From Armatimonadota bacterium (lineage in GTDB: Bacteria > Armatimonadota > Zipacnadia > UBA1398 > JAKPQA01), in contig JAKPQA010000005.1 of assembly GCA_029547025.1 (NCBI GenBank), forward strand, positions 3,880 through 67,879: a DNA stretch of 64,000 nucleotides. Reading direction: 5' to 3'. The translations under genes were made by a program, and so were the position numbers. Below, one piece after another: positions 8,771 through 18,534 of the stretch (the stretch's first letter is position 1; the number at the start of each line of letters is the position of its first letter). Under the pieces are notes generated by a model. It did no database searches and was not told the DNA's origin. It worked only from the letters and a program-made list of their open reading frames with translations.

Positions 8771-11700
8771 ATGCTGAGACGAATGTCAACGTACGTCGTG
8801 CCGCTCGTGCTGCTCACGGGTGCCATGGGGGGCGCGGCCGTGGCTGAGGCGCCTGCTTCGGCCCTGGCTGATCTGCGAGCTCGGTTCTGCTCGCCGGAGC
8901 CTCCCCGGTCCATCGGGCCGCTCTACTGGTACCACGGCGAGGACGACGCCGACATCCTCGAGGGTATCGACAAGATGCACGAGGGCGGGATGGGCAACTT
9001 CACCATCGAGAGCCGGCCGCACTCGGACTACCTGGGCCCCAAGTGGTGGCACGACATCGAGATATCACTCGACCGGGCCAAGCAGCTGGGCATGCAGGTG
9101 TACATCTTCGACGAGAAGTGGTTCCCCAGTGGCATCGCCGGCGGGCTGGTGCAGGCGACGAGCCCCAGGTTCTGGCGGCACTGGCTCCAGGAGACCACGG
9201 TACCGGTTGATGGGCCCCAGGCCGACTTCCGTTGCGACGTCCCCGAGGGCGAGCAGGTGGCCGGTGCCGTCGCCGTGCGCCGAGGCGGGGAACCCTCCGA
9301 GATGCTGGACCTGCGCGAGCGCGTCTCGCGCGACGGTCGGTCGCTGGCGTGGCCGGCCCCGGCGGGGCAGTGGGATGTGTTCGTCTACACGATGCACTCC
9401 GATGCCGGGCACCACGACGTGCTGAATCCTGAGGCCACGGCTCGGTTCATCGAACTGACCCATGAGGAGACCTACCGGCGGTTCAAGGACTACTTCGGCA
9501 CGACGCTGGTCGGCTTCTTCATGGATGAGCCCGGGTTCTACAACGGAGGCGGTCAGTGGCCGTGGACGTACGATCTGGCCGCCGAGTTCCGCGCCACCAA
9601 GGGGTACGACCTCTGCGCCTTCCTCCCCGCGCTGACCCATCCCGAGTGGGCCTCGTACCGCTGGGTGCGCTACGACTACATGGATGTCCTGACACGGCGC
9701 TATGCCGCGGCGTTCTACAAGCCCATCCAGGACTGGTGCCGTGCGCACGGCGTCGTCTCGATGGGCCACCTCATCGAGCACGAGTCGACGCACCAGGGTT
9801 TGGGGGCGGGCCCCGGCCACGCGCTGCGCATGATGAAGCACCTCGACATGGGGGGGATCGACCTGGTCTTCCACCAGGTGATGCCCGGGTCGCGAAACAC
9901 CGACTACTGGGGCATGCCCAAGCTGGCCTCGTCGCCCTCGCATCTGTACGGGATGAGGAACGATCTGGCCATGAACGAGACCTATGGGGCCTCGGGCTGG
10001 ACGACGGGCCTTCCGACCATGAAGTGGTTGGCCGATTGGCAGATGGTGCGCGGGATCAACTTCCTCATACCCCATGCGTTCAACCCGACCTACCCCGATC
10101 CCGACTGCCCCCCGCACTTCTGGGCCAAGGGGAACGACCCCCAGTGGATGCTGTTCCGCCATTGGGCGGATTACACGAACCGTGTGTGCGCTCTGCTAAC
10201 AGGCGGCCGCCATGTGGCGCCGGCGGCGGTGCTGTACACGGCCGAGTCGAGTTGGGCCGGCCACGCGGATCTGATCGAGCTGGTCGAGGCCGAGCTCCTC
10301 AAGGCTCAGTATGACTTCGACCTGCTGGACTTCGACCTGTTCCTCGACACCGATGCCTGCCGGATTCGCGATGGCGCTCTCCGGATCGCGCAGGAGCAGT
10401 TCCCGCTGCTGGTGCTGCCCGGGGTGGACGCGATACCGGTGGCCGTGATGGAGCGGATCGCGCGCTTCGTCGGCAACGGTGGGACTCTGCTGTCCACTTG
10501 CCGCCTTCCGCAGCACTCGTGCGAGCGGGGGCAGGACGCTCGGGTGCAGGCGCTGGTGGAGCAGGTTTTCGGGCCGGCGACGAAGCCGGGCACGTTGCGC
10601 GAGCGCCGGCACGGCTCGGGAGGCCGGGCTGTGTTCGTGCCGGCGCTGGGCGGTGTGGCCCGGGCGCTCGAGGGTCTGGGGCGACCCAGTGACTGCACGG
10701 CCTACCCACGCTTCGAGGACCTGCGCTACATCCACCGCGTCAAGGACGGCGCGGACGTGTTCTTCCTGACCAACGAGTCGATCGATGAGACCTTCAGCGG
10801 TACCGTCAGCCTCGCGGCCCGCGGCATGCCCGAGATATGGGATGCCTTGGCTGGGACGATCGAGCCTGCGAAGGTCTACAGCGACCACGAGGGCCGTACC
10901 CGCATCCCCTTGACGCTGGCGCCATACGAGTCGGCGCTGATCGTGTTCGGGTCCGCCCAGCCCTCCGCTCATGTCATCGATACGAACCTGGTCGAGGTGC
11001 TCCATTTGGATGTGGCCAGCGGCGGGGCAACGGTGACGGGCATCGCCCGCGGCGCGAGTCGGCCGTACGCTACCGCGCTGGCCGGCGGCCACTACTGGCA
11101 CGCTCGGAACGACCGCGTGAACCCGTTACCGCCCATCGAGTTGCCAGCGGAGGGGTGGACCATCACGCGGGCGGGGAAGACGGTGACCGGGGCGTTGGGA
11201 GACTGGTCACGCGAGGATCCCCACTTCTCTGGATCGGCGAAGTACACGTGCACTTTCCTGCTGCCACACGACGCGGCCGGCCCCGAGGAGGTCGAGCTGG
11301 ATCTGGGCGCGGTGGGTGAGATCGCCCGGGTCTGGATCAACGACCAGCTGGCGGCGGAGCTGATCTGCCCGCCCTATCGGGCTCGCGTGACCCGCTGGGT
11401 GCGCGATGGCGAGAACCGCCTGACCGTCGAAGTGGCCAACACGCTCGCCAACTACCGGGTGAGCCAGGGCGAGCCGCCCGTGTATGCCCGGGTGCTTCCC
11501 AGCGGGCTCATGGGTCCGGTGCGCATCGCCCGGATGCCGGTGGTAACGCTTGAGCTGGCTCCGGTGCGGGGCCCCGTCATCGAGCCCAGGATTCCCGGCC
11601 GGCGGTTCGCGAGCCGAAGCTCGGCGGGCAACTACGCCCATGTGCTCAATGGCGGCACGGTGGAGGCATCTTCGACACTCAGCGGCAACTTCCCGGCCGA

Positions 11701-12112
11701 ATCAGTGATCGACGGCGACCGCACGGGGTCCGGATGGGAGCAGGGGACCGGCGGCTGGAACGACGCGACCAACGGCCAGTGGGGCGACTGGATCGTCGTG
11801 GCCTTCGATGGCGAGAAGTGGATCGATCGGGTCGAGGTGACCACCCTGCAGGACTCCTACCGGGGAGCCGATGAGCCCTCCGCGGAGGCACGGTTCACGC
11901 GGTATGGCATCGTGGACTTCGATGTCGAGGCGGAGGTGGGCAACGAGTGGCGAGTGGTGGGCTCGGTCCGCGGCAATGACCTGGTGCGACGTACGGTGCG
12001 CTTCGCGCCCTTGCGGACCCAACGCATCCGGGTGGTCGTGCATCGAGGTCTGGAGGGCTACAGCCGGATCGTCGAGATTGGGGCCTACGGGCCCCAGACA
12101 CGGGGCCGGTGA
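8771..12112 (+). CDS. large secreted glycoside hydrolase with a GH2-like sugar-binding jelly-roll and a C-terminal F5/8 type C (discoidin)-like domain; possibly alpha-L-rhamnosidase-like (GH106-like)
   Basis: Start reset to the ATG at 8771 (MLRRMSTYVVPLVLLTGAMGGAAVAEA, a signal peptide), 8 bp after the rhaT stop. A WINDQLAAEL...NRLTVEVAN segment resembles a GH2-type sugar-binding domain. The C-terminus is galactose-binding-like. Family assignment is uncertain. Confidence 0.55.
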   Translation: MLRRMSTYVVPLVLLTGAMGGAAVAEAPASALADLRARFCSPEPPRSIGPLYWYHGEDDADILEGIDKMHEGGMGNFTIESRPHSDYLGPKWWHDIEISLDRAKQLGMQVYIFDEKWFPSGIAGGLVQATSPRFWRHWLQETTVPVDGPQADFRCDVPEGEQVAGAVAVRRGGEPSEMLDLRERVSRDGRSLAWPAPAGQWDVFVYTMHSDAGHHDVLNPEATARFIELTHEETYRRFKDYFGTTLVGFFMDEPGFYNGGGQWPWTYDLAAEFRATKGYDLCAFLPALTHPEWASYRWVRYDYMDVLTRRYAAAFYKPIQDWCRAHGVVSMGHLIEHESTHQGLGAGPGHALRMMKHLDMGGIDLVFHQVMPGSRNTDYWGMPKLASSPSHLYGMRNDLAMNETYGASGWTTGLPTMKWLADWQMVRGINFLIPHAFNPTYPDPDCPPHFWAKGNDPQWMLFRHWADYTNRVCALLTGGRHVAPAAVLYTAESSWAGHADLIELVEAELLKAQYDFDLLDFDLFLDTDACRIRDGALRIAQEQFPLLVLPGVDAIPVAVMERIARFVGNGGTLLSTCRLPQHSCERGQDARVQALVEQVFGPATKPGTLRERRHGSGGRAVFVPALGGVARALEGLGRPSDCTAYPRFEDLRYIHRVKDGADVFFLTNESIDETFSGTVSLAARGMPEIWDALAGTIEPAKVYSDHEGRTRIPLTLAPYESALIVFGSAQPSAHVIDTNLVEVLHLDVASGGATVTGIARGASRPYATALAGGHYWHARNDRVNPLPPIELPAEGWTITRAGKTVTGALGDWSREDPHFSGSAKYTCTFLLPHDAAGPEEVELDLGAVGEIARVWINDQLAAELICPPYRARVTRWVRDGENRLTVEVANTLANYRVSQGEPPVYARVLPSGLMGPVRIARMPVVTLELAPVRGPVIEPRIPGRRFASRSSAGNYAHVLNGGTVEASSTLSGNFPAESVIDGDRTGSGWEQGTGGWNDATNGQWGDWIVVAFDGEKWIDRVEVTTLQDSYRGADEPSAEARFTRYGIVDFDVEAEVGNEWRVVGSVRGNDLVRRTVRFAPLRTQRIRVVVHRGLEGYSRIVEIGAYGPQTRGR

Positions 12113-12176
12113 CTCGGGCGTTCGGGCCACTGCCTCGGGCGCGAATCGGGCCCGCCCCCGGTGAGCGAGGTGTGTC

Positions 12177-13997
12177 GTGGCTCAGGGTGAGCCCTCGAGG
12201 GTGATCGAACTGACCCCAGCGCACGGTCCGGGGGATGCGGGCCGGCAGGAGTATGACCTCATCAACGACGGCCTGGTACCCCTGTGTGTCGTGGGAATGC
12301 TGTGGGCCTTCTCGCGGTTCGCACTGGACGTTCGCTCCGTCGTGGTGGCCGGCGATGCCGTCGTGGTGCGTTTCGTGCTGTTCTGGTTCCTCGTGGGCGT
12401 GGTGGGGATCGCGAAGATCGAGGCCCTGCGCGGCGGCTCGGCCTTGGCCCTGCCCTACAAGCTCGGGCTGGCCACGGCCACGGGGTTCTTCATCCTGAGG
12501 TACTCGGTGACCGATGTGCTGCTGGGCGATGCGGGCGGCGGCTTGGGCGCCTCGGTGCTGCTCAACTCGGCGGTCTTTGCGGCGGTGTGGTGGGGCGCGA
12601 CACGGATCACACGTGACTGTACGGTGTTCGCGGGCACCGAGGAGCAGTACTCGCAGGGCCTACTCGATGAGGCCATGGCTCGTGCCGAGCCGGGCGATGG
12701 CCTGTTGCCGCGCCGAGCGCGGCCCGGCAAGTCGGTGTTCGTGTTCTCCGCCGTGGCGCTGCCCGTCTTTGGGCTCGGTCAGCTGGTGTTGGCCCGGGGT
12801 GACCTGGGGCTGTACCGGAGCAGCTACTACTCGGTGGGCGCCTATGTGTTCTTCGCGCTGTTGTTGCTCGCGCTCACAAACCTGTCGGGCCTGAAGCTCT
12901 ACCTCGCGGGCAAGGGCCTGAGGGCTCCCCGGAAGCTCGTGAGCATGTGGGCCGCTTCGGCCCTGGTGCTGACGGTGCTGGTGATGTGTCTGGCGGTGCT
13001 CATGCCCCGGCGCGATCTGCGGTCGGAGGACACTTGGATCGCCCGCGGGCTGCGGGTGTCCGAGTTCAACGCGCCGCAGCCCCGGATGGCGCCGGTGTCG
13101 GGGACGGCTCAGCCCCGTGCAGCGCCCCGGGTGTGGCGTGCCGACGAGCACTCGCGGGCGCAGCGAAGCGCACACGGGTCGCCCCGCCGGGGCGAATCCG
13201 GCAGTGAGGGTCGGTCGGAGAGAGGCGAGTCTGCCGGCCCCGAGCCCGACGGTGCCGCCAACGGCGGAGGCCAAGGAGCGGAGCCGGGCGCGGGAGGGCA
13301 GGAGGGTGAGGGCGAAGGCGCGGGCGCGGGACGAGGCGAGGGGAACCAGCCGTCGCAGCCGTCAGCTCCGGAGCCCCCGCCGCTGCCCAACGAGCTCATG
13401 ACGGTCCTCGAGTGGCTGCTGATCGCCCTGGCCGCCGGGGCACTCGTCTGGGCCCTCATCCGCCGGCGCCAGTCGTTATGGGCGGCGGCGCAGGCGCTGG
13501 CTCGGCTTCCGGGCCGGGTGGCAGCGGCCCTGAGCGCGCTCCTGAGCCGATGGATGGGGGGACGAGGGAGGACGCCGCGGGGCCCGCGGGATCGAGGGGT
13601 CCGCACTCCGGTCTACACCAACCCTTTCACCCACTCGGCCGAGGCGGCATCCATGTCCGCCCACGAGCTCATCGCGTATACTTACGGGGCGCTGATGGCT
13701 CAGGCCGACCGGTTGGGCACACCCCGCAGAGCCGACCAGACGGCACTGGAGTTCGCGAGCGACTTGCCCCAGCCGCTCCGCCCGCTGCGAGGCGAGATCC
13801 GGGACCTGACCCGCATGTATGTCGAGGCCGAGTACGCCGAAGGCACGGACTTGTCGCGGCACCGTGAGCGCCTCGAGCAGATATGGTGCCGCCTGGACGA
13901 CCTCGCCGCCGGCGTCGCGGGAGTGCGGGACTCCCAGAGACACCGGCATCCGGTTGGCGGCGAGGACGGGCGCACTCCACACCCAGCCGAGCGTTGA
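12177..13997 (+). CDS. multi-pass membrane protein with a Gly/Glu/Ala low-complexity insert and a DUF4129-like C-terminal domain
   Basis: Several TM helices, a ~140-aa acidic Gly-rich tract, one more TM helix and then a DUF4129-like C-terminus. The stop TGA at 13995-13997 overlaps the next gene's TTG start at 13994 (TTGA). Confidence 0.5.
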   Translation: MAQGEPSRVIELTPAHGPGDAGRQEYDLINDGLVPLCVVGMLWAFSRFALDVRSVVVAGDAVVVRFVLFWFLVGVVGIAKIEALRGGSALALPYKLGLATATGFFILRYSVTDVLLGDAGGGLGASVLLNSAVFAAVWWGATRITRDCTVFAGTEEQYSQGLLDEAMARAEPGDGLLPRRARPGKSVFVFSAVALPVFGLGQLVLARGDLGLYRSSYYSVGAYVFFALLLLALTNLSGLKLYLAGKGLRAPRKLVSMWAASALVLTVLVMCLAVLMPRRDLRSEDTWIARGLRVSEFNAPQPRMAPVSGTAQPRAAPRVWRADEHSRAQRSAHGSPRRGESGSEGRSERGESAGPEPDGAANGGGQGAEPGAGGQEGEGEGAGAGRGEGNQPSQPSAPEPPPLPNELMTVLEWLLIALAAGALVWALIRRRQSLWAAAQALARLPGRVAAALSALLSRWMGGRGRTPRGPRDRGVRTPVYTNPFTHSAEAASMSAHELIAYTYGALMAQADRLGTPRRADQTALEFASDLPQPLRPLRGEIRDLTRMYVEAEYAEGTDLSRHRERLEQIWCRLDDLAAGVAGVRDSQRHRHPVGGEDGRTPHPAER

Positions 13998-15958
13998 CCA
14001 TTGGGGCTGCTGCGAGAAGGTGGATTACCCTGGGACTCAATCTGGTTCAGAAGATACTCGGTGAGCATCTCGTCGCCGGCGAGCTCAAGCCCGGGGCTGA
14101 GATCGCCATTCGCATCGATCAGACACTCACGCAGGATGCCACGGGAACCATGGCCTACCTGCAGTTTGAGGCCATGGGCATACCGCGCGTGCGGACCGAG
14201 TGCTCGGTCAGCTATGTCGACCACAACACGCTCCAGACCGGCTTCGAGAACGCCGACGATCACTTGTTCCTTCAGGACGCGGCGGCGCGCTTTGGCGTGT
14301 GGTTCTCTCGGCCGGGTAACGGCATCTGTCACCAGGTCCATTTGGAGCGATTCGCCGTGCCTGGCAGGACGCTGCTCGGGTCGGACAGCCATACCCCCAC
14401 CTGCGGTGGCCTGGGCATGATCGCCATGGGCGCCGGTGGCCTGGACGTGGCGTGTGCCATGGCGGGAGAGCCGTACGCGCTGACCATGCCGGCTGTGGTC
14501 CGCGTGCATCTGACCGGGGAACTCGGCCCGTGGGTATCGGCGAAGGATGTGATCCTCGAACTGCTCCGGCGCGAGACAGTGAGAGGTGGGGTCGGGCGGA
14601 TCTACGAGTATGACGGCCCCGGGGTGGCGACGCTGAGCGTGCCCGAGCGTGCCACGATCACCAACATGGGCGCCGAGCTTGGGGCCACGACATCGGTGTT
14701 CCCCTCAGATGACCGCACTCGCGAGTTCCTGGCCTTCCAGAAGCGCGCGGAGGCCTACCGCGCCATCGAGGCCGACCATGACGCCATGTACGACGACCGA
14801 ATCGACATCGACCTGTCGGCCCTCGAGCCGCTGGTGGCGTGCCCGCACAGCCCCGATGCCGTCCAGTCCATCCGCGAGCTGGAGGGGACCCGGGTGGTGC
14901 AGGCGCTCGTGGGAAGCTGCACCAACTCATCCTACCGCGACATGGCGACGGTCGCGCTGATGCTGCGGGGCAGGAAGGTGCACCCCAATCTGAGTGCCGG
15001 TGTGTCGCCCGGTTCGCGACAGGTCTTTGAGATGATGGCCCGAGACGGCTATCTGGCGGACTTGATCTCGGCCGGCGTCCGGATCCTGGAGTCCGCCTGC
15101 GGGCCGTGCATCGGCATGGGGCAGGCGCCACCGTCGGGTGGCGTGTCGGTCCGCTCATTCAACCGGAATTTCCCCGGCCGTTCGGGCACGCGCGACGCCC
15201 AAGTCTATCTGGCGAGCCCCGAGGTGTGTGCAGCGGCCATGGTCTGTGGGGAGCTGGTCCACCCTGAACGGCTCGGGGAGAGGCCATCCGTGGCGGTACC
15301 TGCGTCCGCCATCGTGGACGATGGACTGATCATTCCTCCCCCTGCCGACGGCACTTCGGTGGCCATCCGGCGGGGGCCGAACATCAAGCCCCTGCCGGCG
15401 TTCGAGCCGATTCCGGACTGCCTCACTCTGCGTGTGGCGCTGAAGGTGGCCGACAACATCACGACCGATCACATCTCGCCCGCGGGCAGCCGCTTCCTGC
15501 CGCTCCGATCGAACATCCCCGCCATTTCGGAGTACGTCTTCAGCCCGGTGGATCCCGAGTTTGCCTCCCGGTGCAAGGAGTGGGGGGGAGGTCTCATTCT
15601 GGGCGGCTCCAACTACGGTCAAGGTTCGAGCCGTGAACACGCGGCGCTCGGGCCGCGGTATTTGGGGATCCGGGTGGTAGTCGCGAAGAGTTTCGCCCGC
15701 ATTCACTGGTCCAATCTGGTCAACTTCGGGATTCTGCCACTGGTCGTTGAGGCGTCAACCTATGACGCGCTGGAACAGGGCGATGAGGTGGAGGTGTGCG
15801 GGGTACACTCGGCAGTACGATCGGGCGGCTCGGTGACGCTTCGGCTCGCCCGAACCGGTGCCGAGTTCGAGGCCCGGCATCACCTGACGCCGGCCCAGGC
15901 CCAGATTCTGCTGGCGGGCGGACGGCTCAATGCGGCTCGGGGTGCCAGTGGCGCGTGA
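13994..15958 (+). CDS. aconitase-family hydro-lyase (fused large/small-subunit-type, ~654 aa)
   Basis: Aconitase/IPM-dehydratase-like motifs (NGICHQVHLE, GSDSHT, GSCTNSS, CGPCIGMG) with a swivel domain at the C-terminus. There is no in-frame ATG, so the start is placed at the TTG overlapping the upstream stop. Confidence 0.65.
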   Translation: MTIGAAARRWITLGLNLVQKILGEHLVAGELKPGAEIAIRIDQTLTQDATGTMAYLQFEAMGIPRVRTECSVSYVDHNTLQTGFENADDHLFLQDAAARFGVWFSRPGNGICHQVHLERFAVPGRTLLGSDSHTPTCGGLGMIAMGAGGLDVACAMAGEPYALTMPAVVRVHLTGELGPWVSAKDVILELLRRETVRGGVGRIYEYDGPGVATLSVPERATITNMGAELGATTSVFPSDDRTREFLAFQKRAEAYRAIEADHDAMYDDRIDIDLSALEPLVACPHSPDAVQSIRELEGTRVVQALVGSCTNSSYRDMATVALMLRGRKVHPNLSAGVSPGSRQVFEMMARDGYLADLISAGVRILESACGPCIGMGQAPPSGGVSVRSFNRNFPGRSGTRDAQVYLASPEVCAAAMVCGELVHPERLGERPSVAVPASAIVDDGLIIPPPADGTSVAIRRGPNIKPLPAFEPIPDCLTLRVALKVADNITTDHISPAGSRFLPLRSNIPAISEYVFSPVDPEFASRCKEWGGGLILGGSNYGQGSSREHAALGPRYLGIRVVVAKSFARIHWSNLVNFGILPLVVEASTYDALEQGDEVEVCGVHSAVRSGGSVTLRLARTGAEFEARHHLTPAQAQILLAGGRLNAARGASGA

Positions 15959-16042
15959 ACCCCGTGGCGCCCCGGGGGTCTTAGTGTCGGGGGAGGTACG
16001 GGTGAGCCGCGGCAGCCGAGGCGACCACTCGGGATACACCAC

Positions 16043-17881
16043 ATGCGGATGAGTCAAGCCCTTCTATTGCTGGTGCTGGGTATGGTGGGCCCTGGCGGCC
16101 TTCCCGCACGCGCCCAGAGCGCCGGTGGCCCCGTCGGGGCGGTGGTGAACGGACTGGAACAGCGCCCCCGCTCGGCAGCCGTGCTGATTGGCGGGCAGCC
16201 CTACGCCGATGTCTACTTCCTGGCCGACGCGCTCGGCATCACCGCCGTCGCCGACACGGCAACGGCCTCCATGCAGCTGACCTACTACGGGACCAGCCTC
16301 AGCCTGGCCAACGGCGCCACGATCGGCGGCGAGACCCTCCAGCTCATGCAGTCCAATGGCGTGCTGTACGCCCCGCTCGGTCCGGTGGCCCGCGCGTTGG
16401 GGATGAGCGCCGCCCTCGGCGGTGACGGCATACTCCGGATCGAGTCGCCACGTCCATTCCCGAGACAGGTGCGTTACCGGGAGACGACGGACCAGCTCCT
16501 GGTGGTGCTGGAGCTCTCGGGGGCGGTGCCGTTCGCGGCACGGCAGGCTGGCCGGGAACTGACACTGACTCTGGCCACGAGCCAACCCTTCGCGCCGGCC
16601 GAGGTCACGACCCCCACACTGGACATGCGGGGGAACCCGAAGCCGGCGACACCGCCCCAGTCGGTGAAGTACGAGGTAGGCGGAGTCCTCGGAGACCAGG
16701 TAGTCGTGGCGAACCTGGCGGGGCCGGTGATCCGCCTCGCCGTCCAGAACCGCTACGAGGTGCCGACCCAGCGGATCTACACCCTGGCCGACCCGCCACG
16801 GATCGTGATTGAGTACTCGAAGATCTTCGAGGTGATCAACCCCCGAGTCGTCGCGCCCGGAGTGGATTACCGAGCCATCCGCCTCGGGCGGCAGTTCGGT
16901 CCGGTGGTCGCCCATTGCGTCTCGGCGGATCTGCGGAGCGGCCTCTACCGCGTCGCGGTCGTGCCGGCAGGCGGTGAGGCGGCCCATCGTCGCACGGTCT
17001 CACAGATCGCGGCCCAATCGGGTGCCATAGCGGCGTGCAACGGCGGATACTTCGCTCCGGACAACGGATGGCCGCTGGGCCTGATGATGTGTAACAAGGA
17101 ATGGTACCGCGCGCCCATGATGAACCGCACGGCGCTGCTGATTCTCGATGACGGGCAGATCGCCATCGGCAATGTGACTTTCACGGGGCAGGTGCAACTC
17201 GGGGCGGGCGCCACGCTTCGCGTCAACGGGCTGAATGAGTGGCTGCCCCAAGACGGCTCATCGGCCGTGGTGATCCACACGCGCCGTTGGGGGAGCGCAT
17301 TCACCACCAGGGGCTCGGCCACATTCGCGGTGGTGCGCCAAGGACGAGTGGCCAGTGTGATCGACGCCAAGTCCAGCACACAGGTCCCCATCCCCGATGA
17401 TGGGTTCGTGGTCAGTGCGGTGGGCGCCCAGCCGCGGGCGGCAGTCAAGGCGGCGCAAGTGGGGGCGCCCGTTGCCGTGAGCTTGCGGCTCGATCCTGAG
17501 GTCCCGCGGGTGCGCGATGCGCTGGGCGGGGGACCGCGGCTGGTGTACCGTGGTCAGCAGTGGGTGACCAAGCAGGTGGAGCGCTTTCGGCCGGACGTGG
17601 CCGACTCGCGTGCTCCGCGCACGGCGCTGGGCCTGACGGCCGACGGACGAGTGCTCCTGGTGGCCGTCGACGGGCGCCAGCCCGGCTACAGCGCGGGTCT
17701 GCTGCTCGAGGAACTCGCCCAGCTTATGATCTCGTTGGGTGCCGTTGAGGCTATGGCCTTCGACTCGGGTGGGTCCACGGCCCTCACGGTTGCCGGCCAG
17801 GTGGCGAACTCGCCGTCGGATGGCCGCGAGCGCCCTGTGCCGAACGCGGTGGCCATTCTGCCAGTACGCGGGGGCGCTTGA
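16043..17881 (+). CDS. secreted phosphodiester glycosidase family protein (NAGPA/DUF2233-like)
   Basis: Signal peptide plus a C-terminal segment typical of phosphodiester glycosidase domains (GLTADGRVLLVAVDGRQPGYSAGLLLEELAQLMISLGAVEAMAFDSGGSTAL). Confidence 0.6.
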   Translation: MRMSQALLLLVLGMVGPGGLPARAQSAGGPVGAVVNGLEQRPRSAAVLIGGQPYADVYFLADALGITAVADTATASMQLTYYGTSLSLANGATIGGETLQLMQSNGVLYAPLGPVARALGMSAALGGDGILRIESPRPFPRQVRYRETTDQLLVVLELSGAVPFAARQAGRELTLTLATSQPFAPAEVTTPTLDMRGNPKPATPPQSVKYEVGGVLGDQVVVANLAGPVIRLAVQNRYEVPTQRIYTLADPPRIVIEYSKIFEVINPRVVAPGVDYRAIRLGRQFGPVVAHCVSADLRSGLYRVAVVPAGGEAAHRRTVSQIAAQSGAIAACNGGYFAPDNGWPLGLMMCNKEWYRAPMMNRTALLILDDGQIAIGNVTFTGQVQLGAGATLRVNGLNEWLPQDGSSAVVIHTRRWGSAFTTRGSATFAVVRQGRVASVIDAKSSTQVPIPDDGFVVSAVGAQPRAAVKAAQVGAPVAVSLRLDPEVPRVRDALGGGPRLVYRGQQWVTKQVERFRPDVADSRAPRTALGLTADGRVLLVAVDGRQPGYSAGLLLEELAQLMISLGAVEAMAFDSGGSTALTVAGQVANSPSDGRERPVPNAVAILPVRGGA

Positions 17882-17958
17882 GCAACAAACGCCCCCGGTG
17901 CCGTTCGGGAGACGGCGGCCAGCGTCAGCTCTGGTCGCGGGAAGGATGGCCCGAAACC

Positions 17959-18534
17959 ATGGACTCCGACGCGGTTGACCTGCGCGAGGTGACTTTGTCG
18001 AGCGAGACCATCTTCAGCGGCCGAGTGGTGAGTCTTCGTGTCGACACGGTGCGGCTGCCCGGTGGACGGACATCGACCCGCGAGGTCGTCGCGCACCCTG
18101 GCGCCGTGGCGATCGTGCCGCTGACGGATGACGGTCAGATCGTCTTGATCCGGCAGTATCGCCAGGCCGCGGGTCAGGTGCTGCTTGAGATACCGGCCGG
18201 AACGCTGGACAAGGGCGAAGCCCCCGAGGCATGTGCTCGCCGCGAACTGGCGGAGGAGACCGGCCTCCTGGCGGGGCGTCTGGTGCGCCTCATCGGGTCC
18301 TACCTGGCTCCGGGGTACTCGAGTGAGCTCCTACATGTCTTCCTGGGTGTGGACCTGGGCCCGGCCGATGGGCCAGACGTGATGGATGCCGACGAGAACA
18401 TCGAGACTCTGACGGTTCCGGTTGCCGAGGCGGTCGAATGGGTGCTCGACGGCCGCGTGTGCGACGCCAAGACCATCTGTGGCATACTCCTCGCTGACCG
18501 GTGGCTCCGTCATCACGGCGGTGAGGAGCGATGA
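17959..18534 (+). CDS. NUDIX hydrolase, ADP-ribose pyrophosphatase-like
   Basis: Nudix box (GTLDKGEAPEACARRELAEETGL). Start trimmed to the ATG at 17959 (MDSDAVDL...), which has a GGAAGGA Shine-Dalgarno upstream. Its end overlaps the larB start by 4 nt. Confidence 0.7.
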   Translation: MDSDAVDLREVTLSSETIFSGRVVSLRVDTVRLPGGRTSTREVVAHPGAVAIVPLTDDGQIVLIRQYRQAAGQVLLEIPAGTLDKGEAPEACARRELAEETGLLAGRLVRLIGSYLAPGYSSELLHVFLGVDLGPADGPDVMDADENIETLTVPVAEAVEWVLDGRVCDAKTICGILLADRWLRHHGGEER

